Shown: positions 52,372-60,218, numbered from the stretch's first letter. The stretch: 64,000 nucleotides of DNA from Nitrosarchaeum sp. (GCA_965223865.1 OZ245020.1:1632001-1696000); one strand, 5' to 3'. The notes: a model not told the origin generated them from the letters alone. Program-made: numbers and translations.

Positions 52372-52458
52372 ATCTTATCTTCAAAATTTTAAGTGAAGTT
52401 AAATGTGAATCTATAACGGTGCAAATGAGGCTCAAATTTTGCATCAAATCCTAAATTG

Positions 52459-52480
52459 AAGACCAACTAGAGTTGGTCTT
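52459..52480. repeat. Perfect 10-bp inverted repeat
   Basis: AAGACCAACT-AG-AGTTGGTCTT. Confidence 0.8.
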
Positions 52481-52496
52481 ATCAATGAGACAACTA

Positions 52497-52535
52497 CACT
52501 AGGAATCAGCTACAATCTTGGGTATGAAAATGGAC
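52497..52535 (+). repeat. 39-nt intergenic element, copy 1
   Basis: CACTAGGAATCAGCTACAATCTTGGGTATGAAAATGGAC; 33/39 positions match 55174-55211. Confidence 0.8.
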
Positions 52536-52543
52536 GCAATTAA

Positions 52544-52642
52544 TCAAAACAAAATACTTTGATAGAATGCAATAGTGAATGTTGTAATCGCCACACTAAA
52601 CACAAAAATTCCATATGCAGAATATTTGATTATTTTATTCAC
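52544..52642 (-). CDS. Candidate 32-aa single-TM microprotein (not in ORF track)
   Basis: GTG start, MNKIIKYSAYGIFVFSVAITTFTIAFYQSILF; TATA-like CTTAAATA ~25 nt upstream. Confidence 0.5.
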   Translation of the reverse strand: MNKIIKYSAYGIFVFSVAITTFTIAFYQSILF

Positions 52643-52777
52643 AGTATTAATTCACATTCAGAATATTTAAGGGCAATTTTGTAGAGACTAATCTTTTTTA
52701 GAGAATATGTTGGTTCACTGTAAAAATTGAGAGATTATCAATTTAAAAAATAATAATATCAATTACAATAAAAAATT

Positions 52778-53095
52778 GTGACAATATATTCAGTTAAAGC
52801 TAGATACATTGAAGAAAAGATGAAGGAATTTTATCAGAAACTAACTGATGGTACAATTCAGAACCAGAAACCTGATGGGCAGGAGATAATTAATTCAATG
52901 AAACGTGCTAAAATAACTGAACATGATGTAATTCAATGGTCTGAGATGTGTTTTTGTTCCCCTCCATTAAAACATGAACGTGAAACTGTGTACAATCAAT
53001 TTCTAACAGACATGGAAATTACAGTCATTGATGATTATGTAGAGTATGAGGGAGAATTGTTTATGGATTTTTTAGCAAAACAAAGTAAAGAATAA
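52778..53095 (+). CDS. Hypothetical protein
   Basis: 105 aa; LTDGTIQNQKPDG and WSEMCFCSPPLKHER look like conserved-type motifs. Confidence 0.75.
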   Translation: MTIYSVKARYIEEKMKEFYQKLTDGTIQNQKPDGQEIINSMKRAKITEHDVIQWSEMCFCSPPLKHERETVYNQFLTDMEITVIDDYVEYEGELFMDFLAKQSKE

Positions 53096-53101
53096 TTCAA
53101 A

Positions 53102-53337
53102 TCATGGGAATCTGTTCTTTATCCACTTACATGAATTTTCGTCAATGGTATGAGTACCATTATCATAGATATACAATGACAAAGAACCACTTCGCTCAAA
53201 GCCCATTGCACAGTTGTACAAAATTATTCCCAAATGATCTGCTGTCTGTGCAACGTAAAAGGAATAATTATTGTGATTAGAACAATTGTAGTTATCAGAA
53301 CTATCGCAATCAAAATAACAAAATTTCTAGTTTTCAT
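53102..53337 (-). pseudogene. Frameshifted MKTR-leader secreted protein
   Basis: MKTRNFVILIAIVLITTIVLITIIIPFTLHRQQIIWE* (stop 53224-53226). Another frame continues YNCAMGFERSGSLSLYIYDNGTHTIDENSCKWIKNRFP* to 53102. Confidence 0.6.
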
Positions 53338-53975
53338 TTTCTTCTCCAGTATAATGTCAAACCAATTCCTGAACCTGCATCTATTACTATTGCACTAATT
53401 ATTATCGGCAAAGTAAAGCTATACTCGTTAAAAATTCCAATACCTGAACCAAAACCCATGCTTTCTTCTGCTAGAAACCTTTTCTCAGATGCTAGTCTCA
53501 ATGATTCGTCATCAGAATACGGATCATGTGGAACAATGATTTTTTCTTCTTGAGGATCTTCATCTAGTAATGTTTGACTTCCAATTACTCTGGTAGAACA
53601 CATGTTAGTTTGACCTACAGAATTTTGTTCAGTAATGCCCCAGCCAAACACTTGATAGGTATTTCCTTTACTATAATTAGGATCACAAGAATTAAGCATT
53701 CTAGTTTCATTTTCACTAAAGTAGAGATTTACATTTGTCATAACAAAATATCCTTCTTTCAAATCTCCTTTCTGAACAGAATGTATCATAAAATGCACTT
53801 TTTGAAAATCTGAACCATCTTCTGTTTTGATCACGGTTCCTTGAAATGCCGTATCTGCATTTGCTAATGTCTCAAAGTAATCAGGATTTGCAGCACAAGA
53901 ACATGCAAAAGATTCTTGATATACTAAAGTCGATATAAGTAAAACAGATACAAATATGAATAATCTAGTTTTCAT
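53334..53975 (-). CDS. Secreted surface protein with CSC N-terminus (TIMP/NTR-like) and C-terminal membrane anchor
   Basis: MKTR signal peptide ending ESFA, mature CSCA...ADTAFQGTV...SC...YQVF...MCS; hydrophobic tail ending WRRK. Confidence 0.75.
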   Translation of the reverse strand: MKTRLFIFVSVLLISTLVYQESFACSCAANPDYFETLANADTAFQGTVIKTEDGSDFQKVHFMIHSVQKGDLKEGYFVMTNVNLYFSENETRMLNSCDPNYSKGNTYQVFGWGITEQNSVGQTNMCSTRVIGSQTLLDEDPQEEKIIVPHDPYSDDESLRLASEKRFLAEESMGFGSGIGIFNEYSFTLPIIISAIVIDAGSGIGLTLYWRRK

Positions 53976-54925
53976 TTTCTCTTCTCAATTAATTCTAATA
54001 ATTCCTCAGGCAGACTGTCATACTGTTTTTCATATTGTTTAATCATGTCTTGGGTACTTTGATCATCAAAGTAACCATGAACCATTTTCCCAACAATATT
54101 TCCCAAGTCTCCTTGTTTGTTCATCTCTGAGAAAAACTTCCATTGGGATTCTGGATCGACAATACCAGTCATTGATTCTCTTTCTAACTGTCTGCGTTTT
54201 TCATTCAATGTTTGAGAGTAATCATAAATAGATTGACGCCATGGATCTAGTACTATCTTGCAAAATTCCCCATTGGAATAGTTGGATATAATATCGTCAT
54301 AGTTGTGTGTTGCAAATCTATAGTCGGTATCACCATCAAAACAATGTAAAAATAATGATTCTTTGTCTGTTATTTCATGGGTGCATGAACTTAGATGAAA
54401 GTATGTTGATGCACTCTGATTTTTACTATTTATTGCAAACAATCCATAATGGATATTGGATTGATGACTTCTTTCATCTTGAATGGATAATTCAAGATTG
54501 TATGGAGCATATTTTTTTGTAAATATTTTATAATTTTCAGTCTGTGAGAGTTTTTTCATGTGCAGAGGGATCATCCTCTCAAAATCACATACGGATGATG
54601 GTTCTAAATCAAATCGTTCTGCCCAATGAGTGCTATTTTGGAATGGATAGTACCCTTCAAGTAACTTTACATGTTCAATTTCTAATCCCAGATAATCTGA
54701 AGAAATTTCTTTTAATTTTTCTTGCATTTGTTTTTTTGATTCATCAAATTTTTGTTCATTTCCTATCAATTGGTATTTTTTTGATAATTCATTAATTTGA
54801 ACTAGTTCGTTAGAATGCTTTTCAAATGATATTGATTTTGGAGAATCAGGATTTTGATAAATAAGAAATAAAGTAGAAGATACAAGGAACGTCATTATGA
54901 CAATTATTTTAAATTCAATTTTCAT
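53972..54925 (-). CDS. Membrane-anchored/secreted hypothetical protein
   Basis: Likely start MKIEFKIIVIMTFLVSSTLFLIY at 54925; four Cys; ends EKRK overlapping the next ATG. Confidence 0.75.
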   Translation of the reverse strand: MKIEFKIIVIMTFLVSSTLFLIYQNPDSPKSISFEKHSNELVQINELSKKYQLIGNEQKFDESKKQMQEKLKEISSDYLGLEIEHVKLLEGYYPFQNSTHWAERFDLEPSSVCDFERMIPLHMKKLSQTENYKIFTKKYAPYNLELSIQDERSHQSNIHYGLFAINSKNQSASTYFHLSSCTHEITDKESLFLHCFDGDTDYRFATHNYDDIISNYSNGEFCKIVLDPWRQSIYDYSQTLNEKRRQLERESMTGIVDPESQWKFFSEMNKQGDLGNIVGKMVHGYFDDQSTQDMIKQYEKQYDSLPEELLELIEKRK

Positions 54926-55082
54926 TTCCATGTTTTCCATAACAATCATCTGGCGACGCAACCTTTGTTACAATCTCCAAGTCATATTGAGGAATATCAA
55001 TAATTATTGAATCAACATATGCATAAGCAACTCCAGTAGAGAAAACTGAAGAAAAAAGTACAAGGAGCAGAGGAATTTTCAA
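54915..55082 (-). CDS. 55-aa signal-peptide ORF, probably truncated (not in ORF track)
   Basis: TTG start, MKIPLLLVLFSSVFSTGVAYA-YVDSIIIDIPQYDLEIVTKVASPDDCYGKHGNEN*; AxA cleavage motif; TTTATGAA TATA-like box upstream. Confidence 0.55.
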   Translation of the reverse strand: MKIPLLLVLFSSVFSTGVAYAYVDSIIIDIPQYDLEIVTKVASPDDCYGKHGNEN

Positions 55083-55173
55083 ACAATGTGACTCAATTTA
55101 GGATATTCATAAAGTGTTCTGATGTTTGTTCTGTTAAAAAGACGGTTAGTTCAAGACTCTACAAGTTAAACCC

Positions 55174-55211
55174 CACTAGGAATCAACTACAATTCGAGTA
55201 TCAAAAGGGAC
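55174..55211 (+). repeat. 38-nt intergenic element, copy 2
   Basis: CACTAGGAATCAACTACAATTCGAGTATCAAAAGGGAC, same orientation as 52497-52535. Confidence 0.8.
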
Positions 55212-55291
55212 AGAAATAAGATAAAAATCAATTTTGATAAAAATAAGAATATGTTAAAAGAGTAAAAGATATAATTTTGTCAATGGTTTTG

Positions 55292-55748
55292 ATGAAAACT
55301 TTCCTTATCGGACTGTCTGTTTGTTTGCCTATTGCAGTAACATCAGAAGTTTTTGCAGAGACCATCATTCCATATAGAGGAATATTTGAGTGTGGGAGAT
55401 TCCAGATATTTTACTGATATTGGAAGGTTTTTAGTTTTTGAGGATATTGTGACTGGTAATGGAGAAGTAATTTGGGTTCCAGATTAAGGTGATGGCACAG
55501 GAGGTTATGAAATTAGTCGTTATACAATTTCTGACGATATTGGAAACAGTATTTCTTTTGAAGCTAAAGAAATATTTTATCAGGAATATGCTAATCATAA
55601 ATTTACCGTTGGACAATATGAGTGGAAAATTCTTAATGGTACAGGCAAGTTTGTAGGAGCTACCGGTCAAGGAATGGATCGTGTATGGTACAAATTATCT
55701 GATATGTCATATAGAGGAATTTCGTCAGGAAGTATTATTCTTGAATAA
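55292..55748 (+). pseudogene. Decayed secreted beta-barrel protein (allene-oxide-cyclase/dirigent-like motif)
   Basis: MKTFLIGLSVCLPIAVTSEVFA signal peptide, frameshift near 55400, in-frame TAA near 55485, then ...WKILNGTGKFVGATGQG...GSIILE*. Confidence 0.65.
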
Positions 55749-56018
55749 TTCTCTTAGCAATCCAAGATTTACTTAAAGACGATCCGAATCTTTAAATTCA
55801 AACTTTTTCTGGGAAATAATTTTTGCTCGATCCGCTTTAGGGACTTACCATATTATTCATATAATGAAATCTTGTCAATACTTTATTGTAGATTTTAGTT
55901 TTCTTGTTTTGTTGCAAATTCTTTTTGAGATACCAATGTATACTTATTAATTCCCAATCTCTTTCTTTCCCCCTAATAATCATGTTCATGATTTTTCTTG
56001 ATTTCGTCTAAGGTTCAC

Positions 56019-56456
56019 TTACTCTATTCCCTTGGTAATGAGGACAGGGCATTTTGCATGTCCTATTACATTACTTGCAACACTTCCCAAGACAATCTTT
56101 CTAAAACCTGTTCTGCCATGAGACCCCATAACTATCAAATCAACATTGTTGTTGTCTGCATAAGATACAATACCATCAGCCGATGATGGATTGTGGATTA
56201 CTTTTATTGACAATTGAATATTTTTGGACTTTGCCTTTTCTTCTAGATTTTTAAGCATTGCAGTAGCATCTTCAATCTGTTCATCTTGCATTTCTCCAAG
56301 TCGTTCAATGGAAACTCCAGAAGAATCTCCTAATTTTGCCTGCAAGACAGTTAACGCTGTCAGTTTTGAATCGAATTTCGAGGTTATCTCCAATGCCTTT
56401 TCAAATGCCTTTTCTGAGTATTTAGAACCATCAAACGGGACTAGAATATTTTTCAA
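56019..56456 (-). CDS. Universal stress protein (UspA family)
   Basis: ILVPFDGSKYS, DLIVMGSHGRTG, LGSVA, AKCPVLI. Confidence 0.95.
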   Translation of the reverse strand: MKNILVPFDGSKYSEKAFEKALEITSKFDSKLTALTVLQAKLGDSSGVSIERLGEMQDEQIEDATAMLKNLEEKAKSKNIQLSIKVIHNPSSADGIVSYADNNNVDLIVMGSHGRTGFRKIVLGSVASNVIGHAKCPVLITKGIE

Positions 56457-56726
56457 TACGTGGTTGTTTATTTTTTTGAATTTATATCCTTTGAATAATT
56501 TTTTCCTACCTATCTGATTTTTTTTGTTAAAATTTCACCATGATTTTTTTAAAATACTAATACTTTACTCATGAGAGACCAAATTCTACATTTTTTTAAA
56601 ATTATCAAATAGATTTTTTTATTTTGATGAGACATGGCCTGTCATTGCCGAGGATTTTAGAATTAAAATCATTATACAACTACAATGTTCAGGTCTAGTT
56701 GCTCTAGATTTTGGGAATAAGAGAGT

Positions 56727-57191
56727 TTATGCAGATTCTGAGATGTCATCTTGTAAGTTGACTACCTTGAATATTTTGACAACGTAATCCCCTTCAAAAA
56801 AGTTTGTTACTTCTCCAGTGTCCATATTCACATCTCTTACCCGGAACTTGTATTCGTAAGAACCGTTATCTTCCACATCAACTTGGGCAACATGTATTGG
56901 GTCATCCCCATTTTCTTCATTGAAGAATTGTATAATGACAGGATAGTCTTGTGCATGATTATCTATTTTGCCTTCAACATACGCCCAAGGCAGAGTATTG
57001 TCCTTTGGAATGTTTAGCAGCATGGTTGTCTTTTCAATACTAGTATCATCACTGTGTGGAATAACTGTGGTTTCTGCAGTTTGAGATTGTGGTTCTGCAA
57101 GAGAGTTTGGCATTACTGCGACTGTAAAGAGCACTCCAACTGAAAACAATCCCATAATTAGAACTGTGTTTCTTGAAATTCCACTTTTCAT
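56727..57191 (-). CDS. Secreted hypothetical protein (Ig-like beta domain)
   Basis: Signal peptide, then YVEGKI, PVIIQF, HVAQVDV...GSYEYKFRV, EGDYVVKIFK. Confidence 0.75.
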   Translation of the reverse strand: MKSGISRNTVLIMGLFSVGVLFTVAVMPNSLAEPQSQTAETTVIPHSDDTSIEKTTMLLNIPKDNTLPWAYVEGKIDNHAQDYPVIIQFFNEENGDDPIHVAQVDVEDNGSYEYKFRVRDVNMDTGEVTNFFEGDYVVKIFKVVNLQDDISESA

Positions 57192-57517
57192 GAGGTTTTT
57201 CCTTTTTTGTGTTTTAAAAGAATTGCTCCAAATTTACACCTAATAGAAGGATAATTTCCAGAAACTAAGAGAGCATTCCAAGTGTGTTCATATAAGATAT
57301 TAAAAGAATCGTTTGTCCCAATAAAGCCACCGGGGCGCTCATCAAGTTTTATCGAACCTAGATTATTTTGAATATCTAAAATAGTATTTGGGATATTTGA
57401 CATGTAATTTCCAAGCAGAATAAATGGAGCAAATACTAGACCTGTTCCTGCTGCGCCAATCATCTTCAAAAAATCGCGTCTAGAGAGTTCATTATTTCTC
57501 TCTTGTTTTTTAGTCTA
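57188..57517 (-). pseudogene. Remnant of a twin-arginine (Tat) exported protein
   Basis: In-frame upstream of the tracked ORF reads TAG-TKKQERNNELSRRDFLKMIGAAGTGLVFAPF. This is a canonical SRRxFLK with no start codon ahead of it, and the product is short. Confidence 0.6.
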
Positions 57518-57522
57518 CAGAG

Positions 57523-57540
57523 AACAGCTTTTATGCTGTT
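57523..57540. promoter_or_regulatory. Palindromic operator-like site upstream of the Tat remnant
   Basis: AACAGC-TTTTAT-GCTGTT, between a TATA-like tract (~57552) and the presumed start. Confidence 0.4.
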
Positions 57541-57635
57541 CCGACATGGTCTATAATATGTATTTCATATCTAAACTATGAGAAACAATTTTTTGAATTG
57601 ATGTTATGATTGGAAAAATTCATTAATCAATAGTT

Positions 57636-58121
57636 TTAGGATTGTGGGTTTATTTTGCATTCTACTTTGAGTGATTTAACAGTTGTATAGTACGTAAGCA
57701 CAAGTACTCCAATTGCAGCTATTCTTATTGGAATCTCAAAATTTGTCAGAAAAGAGGATGCTGTAGCTCCTACAGTTCCAAAAGTAGAGATTACTGCAAA
57801 TCCAATAGGACCACAGCTACATGCACCTGCAGCAGCACCAATTATTGAGCCAAATACTCCTCCACCCATTTTCTTTTTTGAGCTTTTCAGAATATTGATT
57901 CGATAGACATTCATTGGAATTACCAATGCAGACAATCCAGACAAAATAACAATTAATGAAAATCCAATTTCTGTTCCCTTTGGAATATGACTGACTACAT
58001 AGGGTTCAAGAAAAACATACTCAGAGATTATCAACAACCCCATAAGCATGGGTAAAAAAATTGCAGTTGCCAGTGCAATGTATCGGTGATTGGAAAATAC
58101 GAGTTTGAGTGTGTTTGTCAT
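57636..58121 (-). CDS. Membrane protein with CxC motif, coupled to DsbA-like gene
   Basis: About four hydrophobic segments, AAGACSCGP; starts 1 nt after the dsbA stop. Confidence 0.75.
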   Translation of the reverse strand: MTNTLKLVFSNHRYIALATAIFLPMLMGLLIISEYVFLEPYVVSHIPKGTEIGFSLIVILSGLSALVIPMNVYRINILKSSKKKMGGGVFGSIIGAAAGACSCGPIGFAVISTFGTVGATASSFLTNFEIPIRIAAIGVLVLTYYTTVKSLKVECKINPQS

Positions 58122-58122
58122 T

Positions 58123-58785
58123 TTATATCATAGAATCTAGTACTTGCTTAAAAACCGAATAAGGTTGAGCTCCTCCTATTTGTTGCTGACCATCAGGGCC
58201 TACAATGAAGAATCCAGGAGTGCCTCGTACCCCATGTTTTTTTGCCTCATCAATATTATGTTGAACTCTTTTAGAGTATTTTCCAGAATCAAGACAGTTT
58301 TCAAACAATTCCATATCAAGGCCTAAACTAAATGCAAATGCTTTTAGGCGTTCAGAATTTGCCCAACCATTATCAATTTTTGATTCTTGGGAATTGTACA
58401 GTATATCATGATACTCCCAGTATTTTCCTTGGTCTTCTGCGCAGTATGATGCCTGAGCAGCTCTAGGTGAATCTCTACCAAGAAAAGCAAGATCAACAAA
58501 AACAAAGTTTGCCTTACCAGTATCTACATAATTCTCAAATATAGCAGGTTTTGTGTTATGATACCAATTATAACATTGATGGCATTGATAATCACCAAAT
58601 TCCACAATAGTAATTGGCGCAGAAGGGTTTCCCAGAATTGAAGAACCCATTGCAGTTGAAATGGTGCCATGTGTTCGGCTCATATCTAAATTAACAGTTT
58701 CAGATTGGGACGATACAGAATAAGATGCAACGATTGCAATGATTACTGCAGTAACCACTGCACCTATTACAAGCCCCTTTCTCAT
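58123..58785 (-). CDS. DsbA/thioredoxin-fold protein, membrane-anchored
   Basis: LGNPSAPITIVEFGDYQCHQC, CAEDQGKYWEYHD, GVRGTPGF, GAQPY. Confidence 0.93.
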   Translation of the reverse strand: MRKGLVIGAVVTAVIIAIVASYSVSSQSETVNLDMSRTHGTISTAMGSSILGNPSAPITIVEFGDYQCHQCYNWYHNTKPAIFENYVDTGKANFVFVDLAFLGRDSPRAAQASYCAEDQGKYWEYHDILYNSQESKIDNGWANSERLKAFAFSLGLDMELFENCLDSGKYSKRVQHNIDEAKKHGVRGTPGFFIVGPDGQQQIGGAQPYSVFKQVLDSMI

Positions 58786-58816
58786 ATCAAAAAACACTGA
58801 AATTTGTTTAAAAAAC

Positions 58817-59029
58817 TTATTCCAAATTATGAGAGGATTTTCTTTTGAATAAACCAGTTATTTTTGAAATTGCAGTGTCTATAGGACATTCTTCACATGA
58901 GATACCAGAATTGTGTTTATCAAGATGTTTTTCAAATTTTTTTCTAGATTCAAAAACAGAGTCACATCTAGAACAGTAAACTTTGGTGGTGTTATTTTTG
59001 GGTAATTTTTCCACAAACAATTTTTGCAA
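58817..59029 (-). CDS. Small C2H2-type zinc-finger protein
   Basis: CSRC...F....F..HLDKH plus CEEC. Confidence 0.7.
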   Translation of the reverse strand: MQKLFVEKLPKNNTTKVYCSRCDSVFESRKKFEKHLDKHNSGISCEECPIDTAISKITGLFKRKSSHNLE

Positions 59030-59064
59030 CTAGGCCTTATAAAGATCCTGTTAAAAACCATCTT

Positions 59065-59367
59065 ATGAAGAAAATAGCAAACAGGATTGTAACAGATTTT
59101 TTTGTTTTTGTCTTTGGAGTTTTATGGTTTTTTAGCATAAGATATCAAGTAAAGCCAGATCAATACAACATTATTGTTTATGATGTGTTAGGAAAACAAG
59201 TAAAACTTGATGGAATTAGAACAAGTTTCAAAACAAAGGAAGTTGCGACAAGTTTTCTAAAAGAATACAAGAATCGTTTTACACATTATGAGTTTTCAAT
59301 AGCAGAGACTATTCCTGAATTTAGGAGAAGATTAGTATTCTCAAAAATTTTAAGAAATCAAAGATAG
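59065..59367 (+). CDS. Hypothetical protein
   Basis: 100-aa ATG ORF with an N-terminal hydrophobic stretch. Confidence 0.65.
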   Translation: MKKIANRIVTDFFVFVFGVLWFFSIRYQVKPDQYNIIVYDVLGKQVKLDGIRTSFKTKEVATSFLKEYKNRFTHYEFSIAETIPEFRRRLVFSKILRNQR

Positions 59368-59747
59368 TGTATTTTCATGTGGTTTTGATGTTCTACCTCA
59401 TATTGTGTAACAAACCCGCAATGAGAACACGAGAACATTTCAGGTGGGGGTGGAGATGGCTCTCGTTCAATAGACTTGCCAGAAATGGATTTAATTGTGA
59501 TTATATCATTACTAGAAATTACCGCAAAATTACGTCCCTCTCCTATTGAATCTAGAAATTCTCTAATTGATGAAATAACTACATTTGTGTCTACAGGTTC
59601 GTCATCGAACATGGATAATGTAAATTGGTGGTGTTTTATGGTAGGGATGGCTGCAACCTGATCAGATACATAGACTAGCAACTCATTTTTGATTGATGCA
59701 ACATCCTTACAATCAACTGTTAACATAGTCACCTTTTGCAGACTCAA
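59358..59747 (-). CDS. Hypothetical protein with C-terminal C2H2 zinc finger
   Basis: FSCSHCGF...HQNHMKIHYL. Confidence 0.8.
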   Translation of the reverse strand: MSLQKVTMLTVDCKDVASIKNELLVYVSDQVAAIPTIKHHQFTLSMFDDEPVDTNVVISSIREFLDSIGEGRNFAVISSNDIITIKSISGKSIEREPSPPPPEMFSCSHCGFVTQYEVEHQNHMKIHYL

Positions 59748-59807
59748 TATTTTAGTTTAACACATATTTTGAAAATAATTATTATGGTTTGAAAGTATTC
59801 AAAAGAG

Positions 59808-60194
59808 ATGAGGGACTCTGAGACATTTGGAATAGAAAAAGGACACGGAGAAGAAGTAGTGACCTGGCTCAATGAACAATCAAAGACTCAAAAAACAAAA
59901 TTAGAAGCAAGATTATACAATCACATACTAAGCACAAAAAATTTTGGAGATTTTGAAATGTTTTCTTGGATTGGGGATGTGCAAATAGCAAGAAAGATGA
60001 TAATAAAAGCTAGCAAAAGATTCAAGATCAAAGTGATAGAAGGAGGATACAAACCAAAAGAAAGAGTTTTCAGAATGAAAAAATTTGATTATGCCAAAAT
60101 TAGAAAAGGAGACAAGACCTTAGGCCACTTAGAATTAGAAGCATCAAGATTTGGAAGTAATCACTGGGAAGTAAAAGATGAAGAAAGAAGATAA
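59808..60194 (+). CDS. Hypothetical protein
   Basis: 128-aa ATG ORF heading a co-directional run. Confidence 0.75.
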   Translation: MRDSETFGIEKGHGEEVVTWLNEQSKTQKTKLEARLYNHILSTKNFGDFEMFSWIGDVQIARKMIIKASKRFKIKVIEGGYKPKERVFRMKKFDYAKIRKGDKTLGHLELEASRFGSNHWEVKDEERR

Positions 60195-60218
60195 ACAAAA
60201 TCAACATGAGGAAATAAA

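Larger units (their letters stand above)
50935..52451 (+). repeat. Dispersed direct repeat ATTTT[G/A][C/T]ACTAA at gene boundaries (3 good copies, 1 degenerate)
   Basis: ATTTTACACTAA 50935-50946, AAGATTTTGCACTAA 51003-51017, AAGATTTTGTACTAA 51663-51677, CTCAAATTTTGCATCAAA 52431-52448; all intergenic and in the same orientation. Confidence 0.55.

Noticed and set aside
50861-57600. Provirus, IS element or classical integron
   Set aside because: No integrase, transposase, capsid or terminase ORF, no tRNA target, and no attC consensus recognised.
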